A stretch of DNA of 43,340 bases from a virus. Positions 1-10,300 of the stretch are shown here, piece after piece. The stretch lies in IMG/VR virus record IMGVR_UViG_3300049070_000042, positions 1-43,340 of that record; one strand, written 5' to 3'. Every line of letters begins with the position of its first letter. Position 1 is the first letter of the stretch. The translations under genes and the position numbers were made by a program. The notes under the pieces are model-generated. The model had not been told where the DNA came from. It ran no database searches and worked only from the letters and a program-made list of their open reading frames with translations.

Positions 1-127
1 AGGCTAGGCTTTACCTATCAGCGCGGAGGTTCTCACATGGCCTACCTTGGTCCGGGTTATTCGAAGCCGGAACCTGGCGTGGTTTTTTTATTGCAGGGGA
101 TTGTATGAAAAAGCTAAAGCATATTTT
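1..127. repeat. Terminal direct repeat, copy 1 (127 bp, identical to 43214..43340)
   Basis: Bases 1-127 recur exactly at 43214-43340. Bases 1..104 duplicate the 3' end of CDS 42701..43321, and ATG 105 equals ATG 43318. Unique genome unit is 43,213 bp. Confidence 0.95.
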
Positions 128-305
128 CTATGGATGGTGGTATCTTTTCCTGAACCGTAACCACGAACTAGCTAAAGAACGAATGAAGGTGTGTAAAAAA
201 TGCCCCGAACGTGTAATATTTGTCTGTGGAGTTTGTTCCTGCCCACTGATGGCAAAAGTAAGATACGAAGAGGAAGAGTGTCCGAAAGATTATTGGATAG
301 AATAG
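105..305 (+). CDS. Small Cys-rich protein, 66 aa (CxxC-x7-CxxCxC-x12-C, zinc-ribbon-like); last gene of the transferase cassette
   Basis: Its ATG overlaps the stop of 42701..43321 (GTATGA). Six Cys residues sit in metal-binding spacing. A terminator follows directly. Confidence 0.6.
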   Translation: MKKLKHIFYGWWYLFLNRNHELAKERMKVCKKCPERVIFVCGVCSCPLMAKVRYEEEECPKDYWIE

Positions 306-306
306 G

Positions 307-348
307 AAGCCCCCAGGTTTCAACGTCCCTGGGGGCTTGTGCTTTTTT
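307..348 (+). terminator. Rho-independent terminator
   Basis: An 11-bp perfect stem (aagcccccagg 307-317 / cctgggggctt 328-338) with a 10-nt loop is followed by a T6 run at 343-348. Confidence 0.75.
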
Positions 349-419
349 CTGCTCCGGGCACAGGTTGAAACCCCGGACGGTGGCAAAACTACAAAAAGTA
401 TGCTTAAATTTTTCCTTAA

Positions 420-1154
420 ATGAAGTTAGCCGCAATTTTTAACTGTTGGGATGATTGGTGGTTACTTGAACACTCCGTTAGAAACATTCGGCCTTTAGTT
501 GATGGTGTTATTATAATTGGTTCGACACATTCCAATTATGGGGAGTACTCACCTATTCCGAAAGAGTGGCACAATGAAGAACTTTTTGTTAGGGAGCCAC
601 ATTTCCACCTCCCGCAATACTCCGAGACTGATAAACGGAATTACGGCCTGCAGATCGCAAGACAGCAAGGGTACACGCATTTTATCACGATGGACGCTGA
701 TGAATTTTATGAACCAGAAGAATTTTTAAAGTATAAGTTTCACGAGGATTCAGTGTGCCAATGTCAAACTTACTTTGGTAGTCCTCAATTAACGCTAGGA
801 TTAGATATAACATTGGTTCCGTTTATCCATAAGCTGACACCGACCATACGCCACGAGTTCAACAGAAACTATCCTTTCGCCTGGAATGGCCGACAAATAA
901 GAATAGACCCTACCAGGTCGTTCAATATTAACTCAGGGGTAGAAAGGATTGATTTGATAATGCACCATTACTCTTGGATCAGGAAAGATCCAGCTAAAAA
1001 GGTTAGAAACTCAACCGCCAGAAAGAATATCGAACGGTCTACTATATTGAAACAATTAGTGCAACCAAAGGCAGGGGATTTTATTGAATTTTACCAGAGG
1101 CCACTCGTACCAGCTACAGTGGATTTCGGAATTCAATGGGAAACGCTTTCGTAA
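420..1154 (+). CDS. Putative GT-A fold glycosyltransferase, 244 aa
   Basis: The N-terminus (AAIFNCWDDW...VDGVIIIGS) and a DxD-type motif (ITMDADEF) support the call at motif level only. The ORF is clearly coding. Confidence 0.45.
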   Translation: MKLAAIFNCWDDWWLLEHSVRNIRPLVDGVIIIGSTHSNYGEYSPIPKEWHNEELFVREPHFHLPQYSETDKRNYGLQIARQQGYTHFITMDADEFYEPEEFLKYKFHEDSVCQCQTYFGSPQLTLGLDITLVPFIHKLTPTIRHEFNRNYPFAWNGRQIRIDPTRSFNINSGVERIDLIMHHYSWIRKDPAKKVRNSTARKNIERSTILKQLVQPKAGDFIEFYQRPLVPATVDFGIQWETLS

Positions 1155-2758
1155 AGGTATACAATCTCATTCAACGGTCATTCGCGTACACCACGCAAAC
1201 AGACAACCAAGGCAAGTACATTCCTTATTTTCAAACAGACAACTTCCCTGTAGAGTTAAACACTTTAGTTCAAGGTTCCCCGACAGCAACGGCGTGTCTT
1301 TCTACCTTAACAGATTTTATCGCTGGCGAGGGGTTTAATTTAGGGGAATCTCTGGAGACTCTTAAACTCAACGAACAGGGTTTAAATTTTGCTCAGTTTC
1401 ACTTGTACTGCTCTGATTCGATGGCTCACGAGTGGGGGGTAGCTTCGATTGTTAAATTCAACGCGGCGGGGAAAATTACTCAAGTGTTTGACATTCCCTT
1501 TGGGTATTGTCGATTGGGGATTCCGGATGATCGTGGGATAATCTCTAAGATAAAATACAATCCTTATTTTGGAACTTCACTTTACAGACATAAGGACACC
1601 GTAGAGTATGACGTTTACAATCCTGCAGCGGCACCAGTTCAGGCTGCTAAGGATAAGAAGTGGCCAGGGCAAATCTTCTGGATGGGCATTAAAACTAGAA
1701 AGCATCCTTTTTACCCTATCCCTGACTATTATTCCGCTAAGTCGTGGATGAATATTGAAAAGAATTCAGGGGAATATTTCGACAACAACTTAGAAAACGG
1801 GTTCATACAGCCGACGATCATGAAGATATTCGGAGATCCGAATGAACCAAGTGGCGAAAAAAATAGCGATAGCCCGGATGAGAAAATACTTACAAATGCG
1901 CAAATACTTGACAGGGAACTAACCAAGGACCTAGGCCAGGGTGTAAAGAACAGTCACAAGATCATGACCTTCTGGGGGAATAATAAAGAAGAGTTCCCTA
2001 CTATCGAAGCGTTTCCGACCAATAATAACTCGGATATGTACCGTGTTCAGGATGAACACGCTATTAAGAAGATCACTATAGCGACTAAAGTTCCTGCGAT
2101 ACTTGCGAATATTTCAGAAGGTGTTTCTCTTGGCGGGGATGGTAACACGATCAGGGCTGCGGTGAAGTTGATGCAACAGCGAGTGGTCAGAGTTCAAAAT
2201 ATGCTTTTAGGATATTACTCTGAGATTCTAAAAAATCTTGCTGTCAATCCGGTGACCGAACCAATCAGAATTACAGCCTATCACCCGTTCCCGGAACTTG
2301 AAACCATCGATCCGCAAGCGTGGGAAGTTCTAACTACAGAAGAAAAGAGAAAATGGGTAGAAGACCACACCGAGATTGAACTAATAGCGCAAAATACAGA
2401 TGCTAACGCTGTTCCCTCGCCTACTTTGCCTGAAAGTAAGTCACCAATAGCCTTACATTTCAATTCTTATCCGGTTGAAGCTAAGAAAAAGGTAAAAAAA
2501 GCGATGGAATGGCAAGTAAAAATGAGTAAAAACTGCCAAACACCTATTGGGATTGAACTAAGCAGGAAAATAGTTGACGGAATTCCCTTAGGTCCGCGAG
2601 AAATCAGGAAACTTTCGAATTATTTAAGCAAAAACGTGCTCGATAAAGACAAACCCTATTCAGAAAGTTGCGCGGCGGTGCTATTCGATGCCTGGGGCGG
2701 TACTGAAATGATGAAATGGGCTAATGATAAAGTTAAAGAACTGAGAGGCGATGAGTAA
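1136..2758 (+). CDS. Putative portal protein, 540 aa, with an extra C-terminal module
   Basis: Size, position ahead of adaptor-like genes, and a portal-like N-terminal region (GSPTATACLSTLTDFIAGEGF) support the call. The C-terminal ~100 aa (YPVEAKKKVKKAMEW...DAWGGTEMMKWA) resembles a module seen on phage head proteins. Confidence 0.55.
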   Translation: MGNAFVKVYNLIQRSFAYTTQTDNQGKYIPYFQTDNFPVELNTLVQGSPTATACLSTLTDFIAGEGFNLGESLETLKLNEQGLNFAQFHLYCSDSMAHEWGVASIVKFNAAGKITQVFDIPFGYCRLGIPDDRGIISKIKYNPYFGTSLYRHKDTVEYDVYNPAAAPVQAAKDKKWPGQIFWMGIKTRKHPFYPIPDYYSAKSWMNIEKNSGEYFDNNLENGFIQPTIMKIFGDPNEPSGEKNSDSPDEKILTNAQILDRELTKDLGQGVKNSHKIMTFWGNNKEEFPTIEAFPTNNNSDMYRVQDEHAIKKITIATKVPAILANISEGVSLGGDGNTIRAAVKLMQQRVVRVQNMLLGYYSEILKNLAVNPVTEPIRITAYHPFPELETIDPQAWEVLTTEEKRKWVEDHTEIELIAQNTDANAVPSPTLPESKSPIALHFNSYPVEAKKKVKKAMEWQVKMSKNCQTPIGIELSRKIVDGIPLGPREIRKLSNYLSKNVLDKDKPYSESCAAVLFDAWGGTEMMKWANDKVKELRGDE

Positions 2759-3275
2759 ACTTATAAACTATCAGTATTTAAAGAACGAAACCGACATTTC
2801 GCAGAATGTCCCTGAAAGTGAACTGGATAATCCTATCAAGCGATCTCAGGAAATGCTTGAAATGATTATAGGAACTGATTTGTATAATGAGTTGGATGGA
2901 CAGAACCCCAACTACCTTGGCGCGAATGTTACTTTAATGCCTTACGTTAAAAAATTCTTAGCATGGCAAGCCTATCAGTTCTGGTTACCAAAGGCAAATT
3001 TCAAAACGCATAATTCAGGGTTAAGAGTTCACGAAGAAGACAACTCACGGGCGGCGACAGAGGGCGAGATGGCGACCTTAATCCGTGATGCTAAGATGTG
3101 GTGTCAGACTAAGAAAGAACAGATGGTTACATTCCTAGAAGAGAATTACACCTCTTATCCTTTGTACGATTACGAATGTAACCGTACCAAAAGGACAGGA
3201 ACAGGATTTCATATTACAGGAGTAGGTAAACATAAAACAGGTTGCACGTGCGACTTATGCTGTGGACATACATAA
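2751..3275 (+). CDS. Virion-module protein, 174 aa; possible head-tail adaptor; Cys-rich C-terminus (GCTCDLCCGH)
   Basis: It overlaps the portal stop by 8 nt. The N-terminal pattern (ISQNVPESELDNPIKRSQEMLEMIIGTDLYNEL) resembles gp6-type adaptors. The functional call is tentative. Confidence 0.45.
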   Translation: MSKLINYQYLKNETDISQNVPESELDNPIKRSQEMLEMIIGTDLYNELDGQNPNYLGANVTLMPYVKKFLAWQAYQFWLPKANFKTHNSGLRVHEEDNSRAATEGEMATLIRDAKMWCQTKKEQMVTFLEENYTSYPLYDYECNRTKRTGTGFHITGVGKHKTGCTCDLCCGHT

Positions 3276-3609
3276 CGAATTCATAGCGCAAGAGAAGGAA
3301 CTGTTTTTCTACAGCGGAAAAGCTGTGCTTAATAAAGTGCATGCTTTCTATGATATAAATGGGGATGAGTGGGATTTCTCTTTAGCTACTGGATTTACTT
3401 TTAATATTTGGGAAGAGCGCGAAGGGGGAAAGCTAATGATAGCATGGACTTCACCGACGAACTTAGCAAACTCAGGTCATGAGATAACTTTGAATGCGCC
3501 TGTGGCTGATACCTCTCTTGAAAGAGGGAAGTATTATTATGAGATTGAATATTTAATATCAGGGGGTTACTCAATACTTATAGGTTATGGCAGTGCTTAC
3601 TTCATATAA
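3262..3609 (+). CDS. Hypothetical virion-module protein, 115 aa (GTG start)
   Basis: The ORF is embedded in a coupled gene chain and has no in-frame ATG near its 5' end. Confidence 0.5.
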   Translation: MDIHNEFIAQEKELFFYSGKAVLNKVHAFYDINGDEWDFSLATGFTFNIWEEREGGKLMIAWTSPTNLANSGHEITLNAPVADTSLERGKYYYEIEYLISGGYSILIGYGSAYFI

Positions 3610-3781
3610 TCTTAACGATAGGGCTATAGATTTTGAATTGGACAATAGGAATTTAGATTTCAAGTTAACGAATGGTCCTATAGATTTTATTTTGAATGCT
3701 GAAGTTGAAGGTGATTTTAGATTATTAGAAGATGAATTTAAACGACTTTTAGAAGATGGATACTTTAGACTTTTAGAATAA
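3587..3781 (+). CDS. Small repeat protein, 64 aa, ending in three 8-residue-spaced RLLE motifs
   Basis: The C-terminus reads GDFRLLED-EFKRLLED-GYFRLLE-stop, after DFxL repeats (IDFELDNRNLDFKLTNGPIDFIL). It has a TAATG junction with the next gene. Confidence 0.55.
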   Translation: MAVLTSYNLNDRAIDFELDNRNLDFKLTNGPIDFILNAEVEGDFRLLEDEFKRLLEDGYFRLLE

Positions 3782-4905
3782 TGCCAGACAAGAAAATTTC
3801 CGAATTACCTGACGCAAGCTTACCTATAGCTTCAGGGGTTAAGTTCGAAGCCGTTCAGGGCGGTGTAAATGTAAAGGTTGATGCTGACGACATGCCAGGA
3901 AGTGGCGGCACCGGCACCGTCGAATCCGTAACAGGTGACGGGGTAGATAATACCGATCCTGATAATCCGATTATAAACGGAGCGACAGAAGGTGCAGAAG
4001 GAACAGCAGAACTAGCCACCCAAAACGAAACAGATGCAGGGACAGACGATTTAAGAATAGTCACACCGTTAAAATTAAAGGTTAAAAATAGAGGTGAGAC
4101 AGCAGAGACAGCAGACAGGGCACTAGCACAAACTGACGACCAAAAAGTACTGTTCGCAAACAAAGCGACTACGTTAACTTTTAACTGCCCTTCACTGGAA
4201 GAGAATACATACATTATCATCGTTCAGGTTAACGCTGGCGATGTAGCTTTTACAACTAGCGGCGGGGTTACTTTTGAAAACTCAGTTACGCCAGGAATAA
4301 CAGGAGGCGCGATAGGTTCAGGTATTGCACTGTGGTATCGGACAGCCACCTCAGTCCTGGCGATGGTAGGAGATATTACGAACCTTCTCACATCACTCTC
4401 TATCAATGGAACTTTAGCCGTTAAAGCCGGTTCATCTTCTGGCATAATCGCAAAGGTAGGAGGCGTCATAAACACCGATAGCACCACGGTTGGAAATGTG
4501 GGCACAGGGGAAGACACACTATACACCTATTCAGTTCTGGCGGCTACTCTTTCAGTAAACAAAGATTCTATAAAGGGTTTTGTGGCAGGGTCATTCGCTG
4601 CAAACGCAAACAATAAAAACATCCGTGTAAAGTATGGAGGTACTACAATATTCGCAACAGGCGCAGTTGCTTTTAACGCAGGTAGTTGGCGAATAGATTT
4701 TTTTATTGTTCGCACCGGGGCAACGACTCAAAAATGTATTGCTGCTTTCACCTCTTCAAACACAACACTGGACGAAACCTGTACCTACTCAACAGCAGGG
4801 GAAACGCTATCAGGAGCGGTTACTTTGACGGTAACAGGTGAGGCTACTTCAAACAATGATATAGTAGGAGAAATTTTTAGACTAGAATTCATGCCTCATG
4901 AGTAA
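3781..4905 (+). CDS. Tail fibre protein, 374 aa
   Basis: The N-terminus MPDKKISELPDA and the motif GTAELATQNETDAGTDDLRIVTPLKLK are typical of phage fibre N-termini. The remainder is Gly/Thr/Ala-rich. Confidence 0.6.
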   Translation: MPDKKISELPDASLPIASGVKFEAVQGGVNVKVDADDMPGSGGTGTVESVTGDGVDNTDPDNPIINGATEGAEGTAELATQNETDAGTDDLRIVTPLKLKVKNRGETAETADRALAQTDDQKVLFANKATTLTFNCPSLEENTYIIIVQVNAGDVAFTTSGGVTFENSVTPGITGGAIGSGIALWYRTATSVLAMVGDITNLLTSLSINGTLAVKAGSSSGIIAKVGGVINTDSTTVGNVGTGEDTLYTYSVLAATLSVNKDSIKGFVAGSFAANANNKNIRVKYGGTTIFATGAVAFNAGSWRIDFFIVRTGATTQKCIAAFTSSNTTLDETCTYSTAGETLSGAVTLTVTGEATSNNDIVGEIFRLEFMPHE

Positions 4906-6820
4906 CCTAAAAGCTTTCATGATGACTACCATAGGGGCTGGGGCTGCAAGGATTACAACCCTTGACACGGTTACTTATGGACTTTTAGAAACGTTCGACG
5001 AAACCCGTTATTATCTAAACTCACTATTGCATCAAAGTCCACTGGATAAAAATATAATACTAAACACGTTTGGTGATGGTGTTGCTCACGTAACAGATGC
5101 GGCCAAAAAAATATCTTTCAGGAAAAGCACAGACAGCGGCTTAACATTTGGGGCTAAGGCAACTGTTTACGATCCAACGGATTCTAATTTTCAAATTCAA
5201 GATCCTGGCGCTGGTTACGATTCTAACGGGAGGTTTCACATTTTCGCGGACTGTCATAATAATTTTGCAAGCTCTGGGCAGACTCATGAACTGCGTTACA
5301 TGTTTTCAGACGATGATTGTACAACAATTTCTTCACCTGTAGTCATAACGTTGCCCGCTATTTCATTAGCTACCTTCAGGATGTATGGCAGAATGATTCA
5401 AAACAATAACGTTCTGATGGTCCCTGCTTATTTTCAAACGGAAGAGGGGGACACAACTAACAGCGCAAGATATATTTTAAGGAGCACAGACTTTGGGGCT
5501 AACTGGACATGGGTAGAAGTATCTACAGGCACAACATACATTAATGAGAGCGAGCTTTTAGGGGTCGATAATGATACGGTCATCATGGTTTCCCGTCATG
5601 AGGTTGTAAAGCAGTTCAACATGTATAAGTCCTCAGATAATGGATTAACATGGATTAACTGCAATGTGTTGGGTACGGGGGTGGTGATGGCGACAGCCGG
5701 GCCGTGCAGACTTCTAAAGTTTTTTTTAGACGATGGCACAGAGGTAGCGGGAATGTATTTTCCTGACAGGAGTAACGATAGACTATACGGATTATACGGA
5801 AAGATAGAGAATTTCATTATCGGCGGGGTTGGTGGATGGAATTTAAACACGTTAACACTACTGCGGCAGGATACAGAATATCTTCATTATGGTGACATGT
5901 CTCACTATGACAGGAATATGAATGCTTTTGGGGCATGGCCACGTGAGGCAAGCGCGACTCCACTTGTAGATAATGAACTGGTATATTTTACAAATCCAAC
6001 AACCCAATACGGAAAAGTATTTAGCATCCTCACGCCTTCAACAATATACGATCACTTAGCATTACCCGCAGGGATTTATAGCTGGCGCGGACTGTTGGCA
6101 AATAATACCAACGATTATGGGACGGTTAATGTAAGTAGTCAAGTGACATTGCTAAAAAGTCTAGAACCCGGACCAACGAACAGAAATTTCTCAGCAACAG
6201 CTGGGGGGATTATTTTAGGTGATGGAATGGAATTCGATGGAACTAAAGCACTCACACATAGTACTGCTATAACTTTTGACTTCCTATCTAACAGTTCGGC
6301 CGGGTATACAGATGTAAACTGGACTATAACATGGTTGGGGAAAATTGGGAATAGTTCAAACCCAAACGCTGCTTACAGTATTTTTGGCAATAATGGAACA
6401 AGCGCAGCTAATATAGGATTAGCAATTTTCTTTGATGATCGCGCCGCTGTACCAAGGAATAACGCCCTAGTCATGAGTATCACCGCTGGGGGCTTAACCT
6501 TTATTATTAATTTTTCAAACGATAATATTCTTACGCCTAATATTTTTCTGTGCCTAACTATAGAATGTGATTTATCCTTAGGCACGACAAACGACAAAGT
6601 AAAAATATACGTCAATGGTGTTTTGCAGTCCACAACTGTAACAACATTTAATACTGGTGTGGTTGCCCCTCCTACTTTTGGCGCACAAATAGGAGCATCT
6701 GGTAATAACGTTTTACCCTTCGTCGGATCAATGAAACACTTAGTAATTCAAAACTCCATCGATATTGCACAAGTAAGAAACGAATTAATTGATACACTAA
6801 TGGATTTAGAAGGACTATAA
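4898..6820 (+). CDS. BNR/Asp-box sialidase-like beta-propeller fused to a LamG/concanavalin-like C-terminal domain, 640 aa (tail-associated glycan-binding or glycan-cleaving protein)
   Basis: There are three Asp-boxes: STDSGLTF, STDFGANW and SSDNGLTW. The C-terminus (VKIYVNGVLQ...PFVGSMKHLVIQN) looks like a LamG jelly-roll. Confidence 0.6.
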   Translation: MSNLKAFMMTTIGAGAARITTLDTVTYGLLETFDETRYYLNSLLHQSPLDKNIILNTFGDGVAHVTDAAKKISFRKSTDSGLTFGAKATVYDPTDSNFQIQDPGAGYDSNGRFHIFADCHNNFASSGQTHELRYMFSDDDCTTISSPVVITLPAISLATFRMYGRMIQNNNVLMVPAYFQTEEGDTTNSARYILRSTDFGANWTWVEVSTGTTYINESELLGVDNDTVIMVSRHEVVKQFNMYKSSDNGLTWINCNVLGTGVVMATAGPCRLLKFFLDDGTEVAGMYFPDRSNDRLYGLYGKIENFIIGGVGGWNLNTLTLLRQDTEYLHYGDMSHYDRNMNAFGAWPREASATPLVDNELVYFTNPTTQYGKVFSILTPSTIYDHLALPAGIYSWRGLLANNTNDYGTVNVSSQVTLLKSLEPGPTNRNFSATAGGIILGDGMEFDGTKALTHSTAITFDFLSNSSAGYTDVNWTITWLGKIGNSSNPNAAYSIFGNNGTSAANIGLAIFFDDRAAVPRNNALVMSITAGGLTFIINFSNDNILTPNIFLCLTIECDLSLGTTNDKVKIYVNGVLQSTTVTTFNTGVVAPPTFGAQIGASGNNVLPFVGSMKHLVIQNSIDIAQVRNELIDTLMDLEGL

Positions 6821-6846
6821 ATGCCAATAACCTACGCCGATAAACC

Positions 6847-7308
6847 ATGCCACAAGAACAAGTAACATTCGACGATAAAGATAAAACACTTCCGACCTCC
6901 GATCCGCGAAGGTTGATAAGGGATGTAGATGTGAATGAACTGAAAAGCGTCATCAACGCTAACGCTACGGATGTTACCAATTCACTGGCCGCTATAAAAA
7001 ATGCGACCGCTGACATGGATTCGTTTGGGGAGGTTGTCACCGCATTAACAGCTATAGAAAATTCAGTCAGCGCTTTATCCGCGGCGGTTATACTTCTTGC
7101 GTCTTTTAAGACAAATATTGTTCCGACCGGAACAATCAACGGTAGCAATACAGCTTTCACATTACCTCATACGCCTTTAGATGGGACTGTTGAAGGGTTT
7201 GCAGACACACTACATATTATTGAGGGAACACACTTTACAAGAACAGGGCCGAACATTACAATGGTTATCGCACCGACAGATTCATTAGTATTTAACTACA
7301 TAGTATGA
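6847..7308 (+). CDS. Tail-fibre-module protein, 153 aa
   Basis: A coiled-coil-like N-terminus is followed by the motif IVPTGTINGSNTAFTLPHTP...DSLVFNY, which is common in phage fibre or accessory proteins. Confidence 0.5.
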   Translation: MPQEQVTFDDKDKTLPTSDPRRLIRDVDVNELKSVINANATDVTNSLAAIKNATADMDSFGEVVTALTAIENSVSALSAAVILLASFKTNIVPTGTINGSNTAFTLPHTPLDGTVEGFADTLHIIEGTHFTRTGPNITMVIAPTDSLVFNYIV

Positions 7309-10300
7309 AAATTTTAATATTTCTCCTTTTTTTCAGCACTGTACTTTATGGGCAGCAGATCGGGACCCGTAACCTAAAAGACGGAGCAGTAACATCTCCT
7401 AAACTTTCTAACGGCGCTGTCACTAAAGAAAAAATGGCGACCGACGCCATAGCTCCACTCGCTGGCGGAACGTTGTCTGATTTCTCTTTAAACTTTGTAT
7501 CGCAGTACGGGCAGATATTTGACCTGACGGTTGATGAAGATATTGCTTTAACGCTTGAAGGTTCCGGGAATATTAACAACACATGGATAATTATCAACGC
7601 TACGGGAGACGGTTCGCATGTACTTACATGGCCAGCAACGTGGAGAATAGAAGGAACTTATGATCCCAACAGTGTACAGGAAGTTTATCTAAAATTTAAC
7701 GGGAGCACGGTAATCGGAAAAATAACCGTGTGGGCTGATGCAATCGAAGCTACCCTTTCCACAGCGGCGGCACCTAACGCAACTCCGAACACAATTAATT
7801 TAGCATTTTCAGAAGCCGTAAATATTGATCCTACTGGATGGACATTATCGGCATCTGGCGGGGCGTGTAACATTCTGAGTGTTTCTGGAAGCGGTACAAT
7901 GAATCCCACTTTCACATTGTCCAGGGAAATTTTATTTTCTGAAACGGTTACTATCTCTTACGCTCCAGCTGCAGGACAAACTACCAACTTATCAGGCAAC
8001 GAGATTGAGACAATCGTTAACCAGGCAGTCACGGTTCCCGATGAAGAAGATCCCGTAACTCAAAATATTGATATTTATGTGGATGATGACGCGGTGGACG
8101 ACATTGCAGCGGGGACAATAGGAGATCCATTTAAAACTATCCAAGCCGGAAGTAATGCGGCAACAGCGGGACAAATTGTAGGCATTAAAGGTGGTACATA
8201 CCGCGAGACTCCAGTGGCTAAAGCCGACGTAACTTATACTAATGTCATTGGAGAAGTTGCTTTTATTTCAGCCTTTGAGGATGTAGGTACAACAGGATGG
8301 ACAGTACACAGCGGAAACATTTATAAAAAAACTATCACACTTCCGGTTAACGGGTTTAACACTTCGACAACCAGGATCGCGGAGAACAGCCTAAACACGA
8401 CAATTTTTGCAAATCAAATTCTTAGGAACGGCGAAATGATGTTTGAGGCTCGGTGGCCGAATATTACAACTTTCGCCGATATGATGGACCGTACCAAATT
8501 TCGATCCTTACGGTGGGATGCCGGGTTCAATGTCAACAATATTATCGACGCGACACTTCCAACTTCCGCCGCAAATCTTGTAGGCGGCACAGTCGTCGCC
8601 AACGGATGGTTTATGACTGAACCACGAACGATCAACAGCAACACAGGTACAACGCAAATTAATTTCAACAACATTTGGGATAATACCGCTACGGGTCAGT
8701 GGTCACGACAGAGATATTATTTAACGGGAAAACTTGTACTGCTCGATGCTGAAAAAGAATGGCACTATGAATCTGGTACTCTCTATTTCTGGCAACCCGG
8801 AGGTGGAACTCCAACCGGTTCGATAGTTTATAAGGCAAGAAACTGGGGGTTCGATGCACGAGGAAAAGCTAATGTTAAAATAATATCTCCAGATGGAGGG
8901 TTAAGGTTTATAGGTTGCGAACCGTTTGTAGGTGACGCAAGTAGTACAAATGCACTGATAGATAACATCCGCTCCACTTTTCAAAACCATCACGTAAGAC
9001 ATGACGTGTGGGAGTGGCAGGGAGTTGGAATGTCTAAGCAGTTTGGCATAAAATTACTCGGAGCCAATTCAGTAGTTAAGAATTCAGAATTTTCATTTTC
9101 AGGATCCTCTGGAATTTGGTGCGGACCTAATGCGTTAATTCAGAATAACTATTTTCACGACTGGGGGTATGTTGGATATTGGGCAAATCCTGTCAGTCTA
9201 TGGGGAACAGATGGTGGTCAAACTATTACGCGCAATACCTTTGAAAGAACCGGGCGCAGTGGAATGGATTTCGGTTATAATTTCGGTAACGCTCCAGGAA
9301 CTTCGTTTCACTATAATGTAACATTTACTTATAATGATGTTGGATATTACGGAATGCTTTCTTCCGACAATGGAGGTAGTTATATCTGGGGTCAATGCGA
9401 TACTCCAGGACTTAACTATTCTTACAATTGGATACATGATAACATGGCCCCCGGCCAAGCTACTGGAGTAACCACGGGCAACGGATTACAAGCGGCAATT
9501 TATTTCGATCAATCTACCGGGCCTGGGGAGATTCATCACAACGTCACTTGGAATGCTGGAGATACTGACGTTTATCACGAGACGGTGAACCCTACCCGAC
9601 CTGGTTCGAATCCGGCTTTGTGGACCAGACCCTATCCTCTTTTGAACATTCATCACAACACTTTCGCGACTACAACGGGTAGCGTAGACGGTAGCGTAAC
9701 ATCTTACAGAAGTTATATTCTTGATCCAAAAGACACGCAAGCAAACAACATTTATAGACGTGCAGTAGTCGTATCGTGGGGAGGTCCTACGTCACACATT
9801 ACAAGTTCAGTTTTTCAAGGGACTGATCCGCTATTCGTTGGCGGTGACCCTGACGTTATCGGAGGGCTTGCGTTCAAACTTCAATCCGGTTCACCTGCTA
9901 TCGCTTTAGATGCAGGCGCGTATCCGTTCGGTGGAGAGGATTGGATTCCTGGGTATGTTCCGTTTGTTGAGGATAACACAGTAAACGACAACGACGCTGG
10001 GTGGACATATTCCCCAGGGTGGGATTACCAGCCGAATGCCTACAACGGGCAACGGTTTGTTAACTTCGACCACCATCTAACCAGCACGGTAGGCGCGAAC
10101 GCTACTTATGACTTTCATGGTACGCAAGTCACTGTAACCGCAGAAAAATGTGATAACATGGGAGTGGCCCGAATATCGGTTCTCGACGGTGCAGTCGTAA
10201 TGGACACTGAAGACGTAAATTTATTTCAAGAAACCGGATCGGGTTTATGTGATGCGGGAGTTGTTGACGTGGTATGGACTTCCATTGTTCTTGCAGAGGA

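Noticed and set aside
353-378. Second hairpin (tccggg / cccgga, 13-nt loop) just after terminator 307..348
   Set aside because: It has a real 6-bp stem but no T-tract and no evident function. I note it only as a possible accessory structure.
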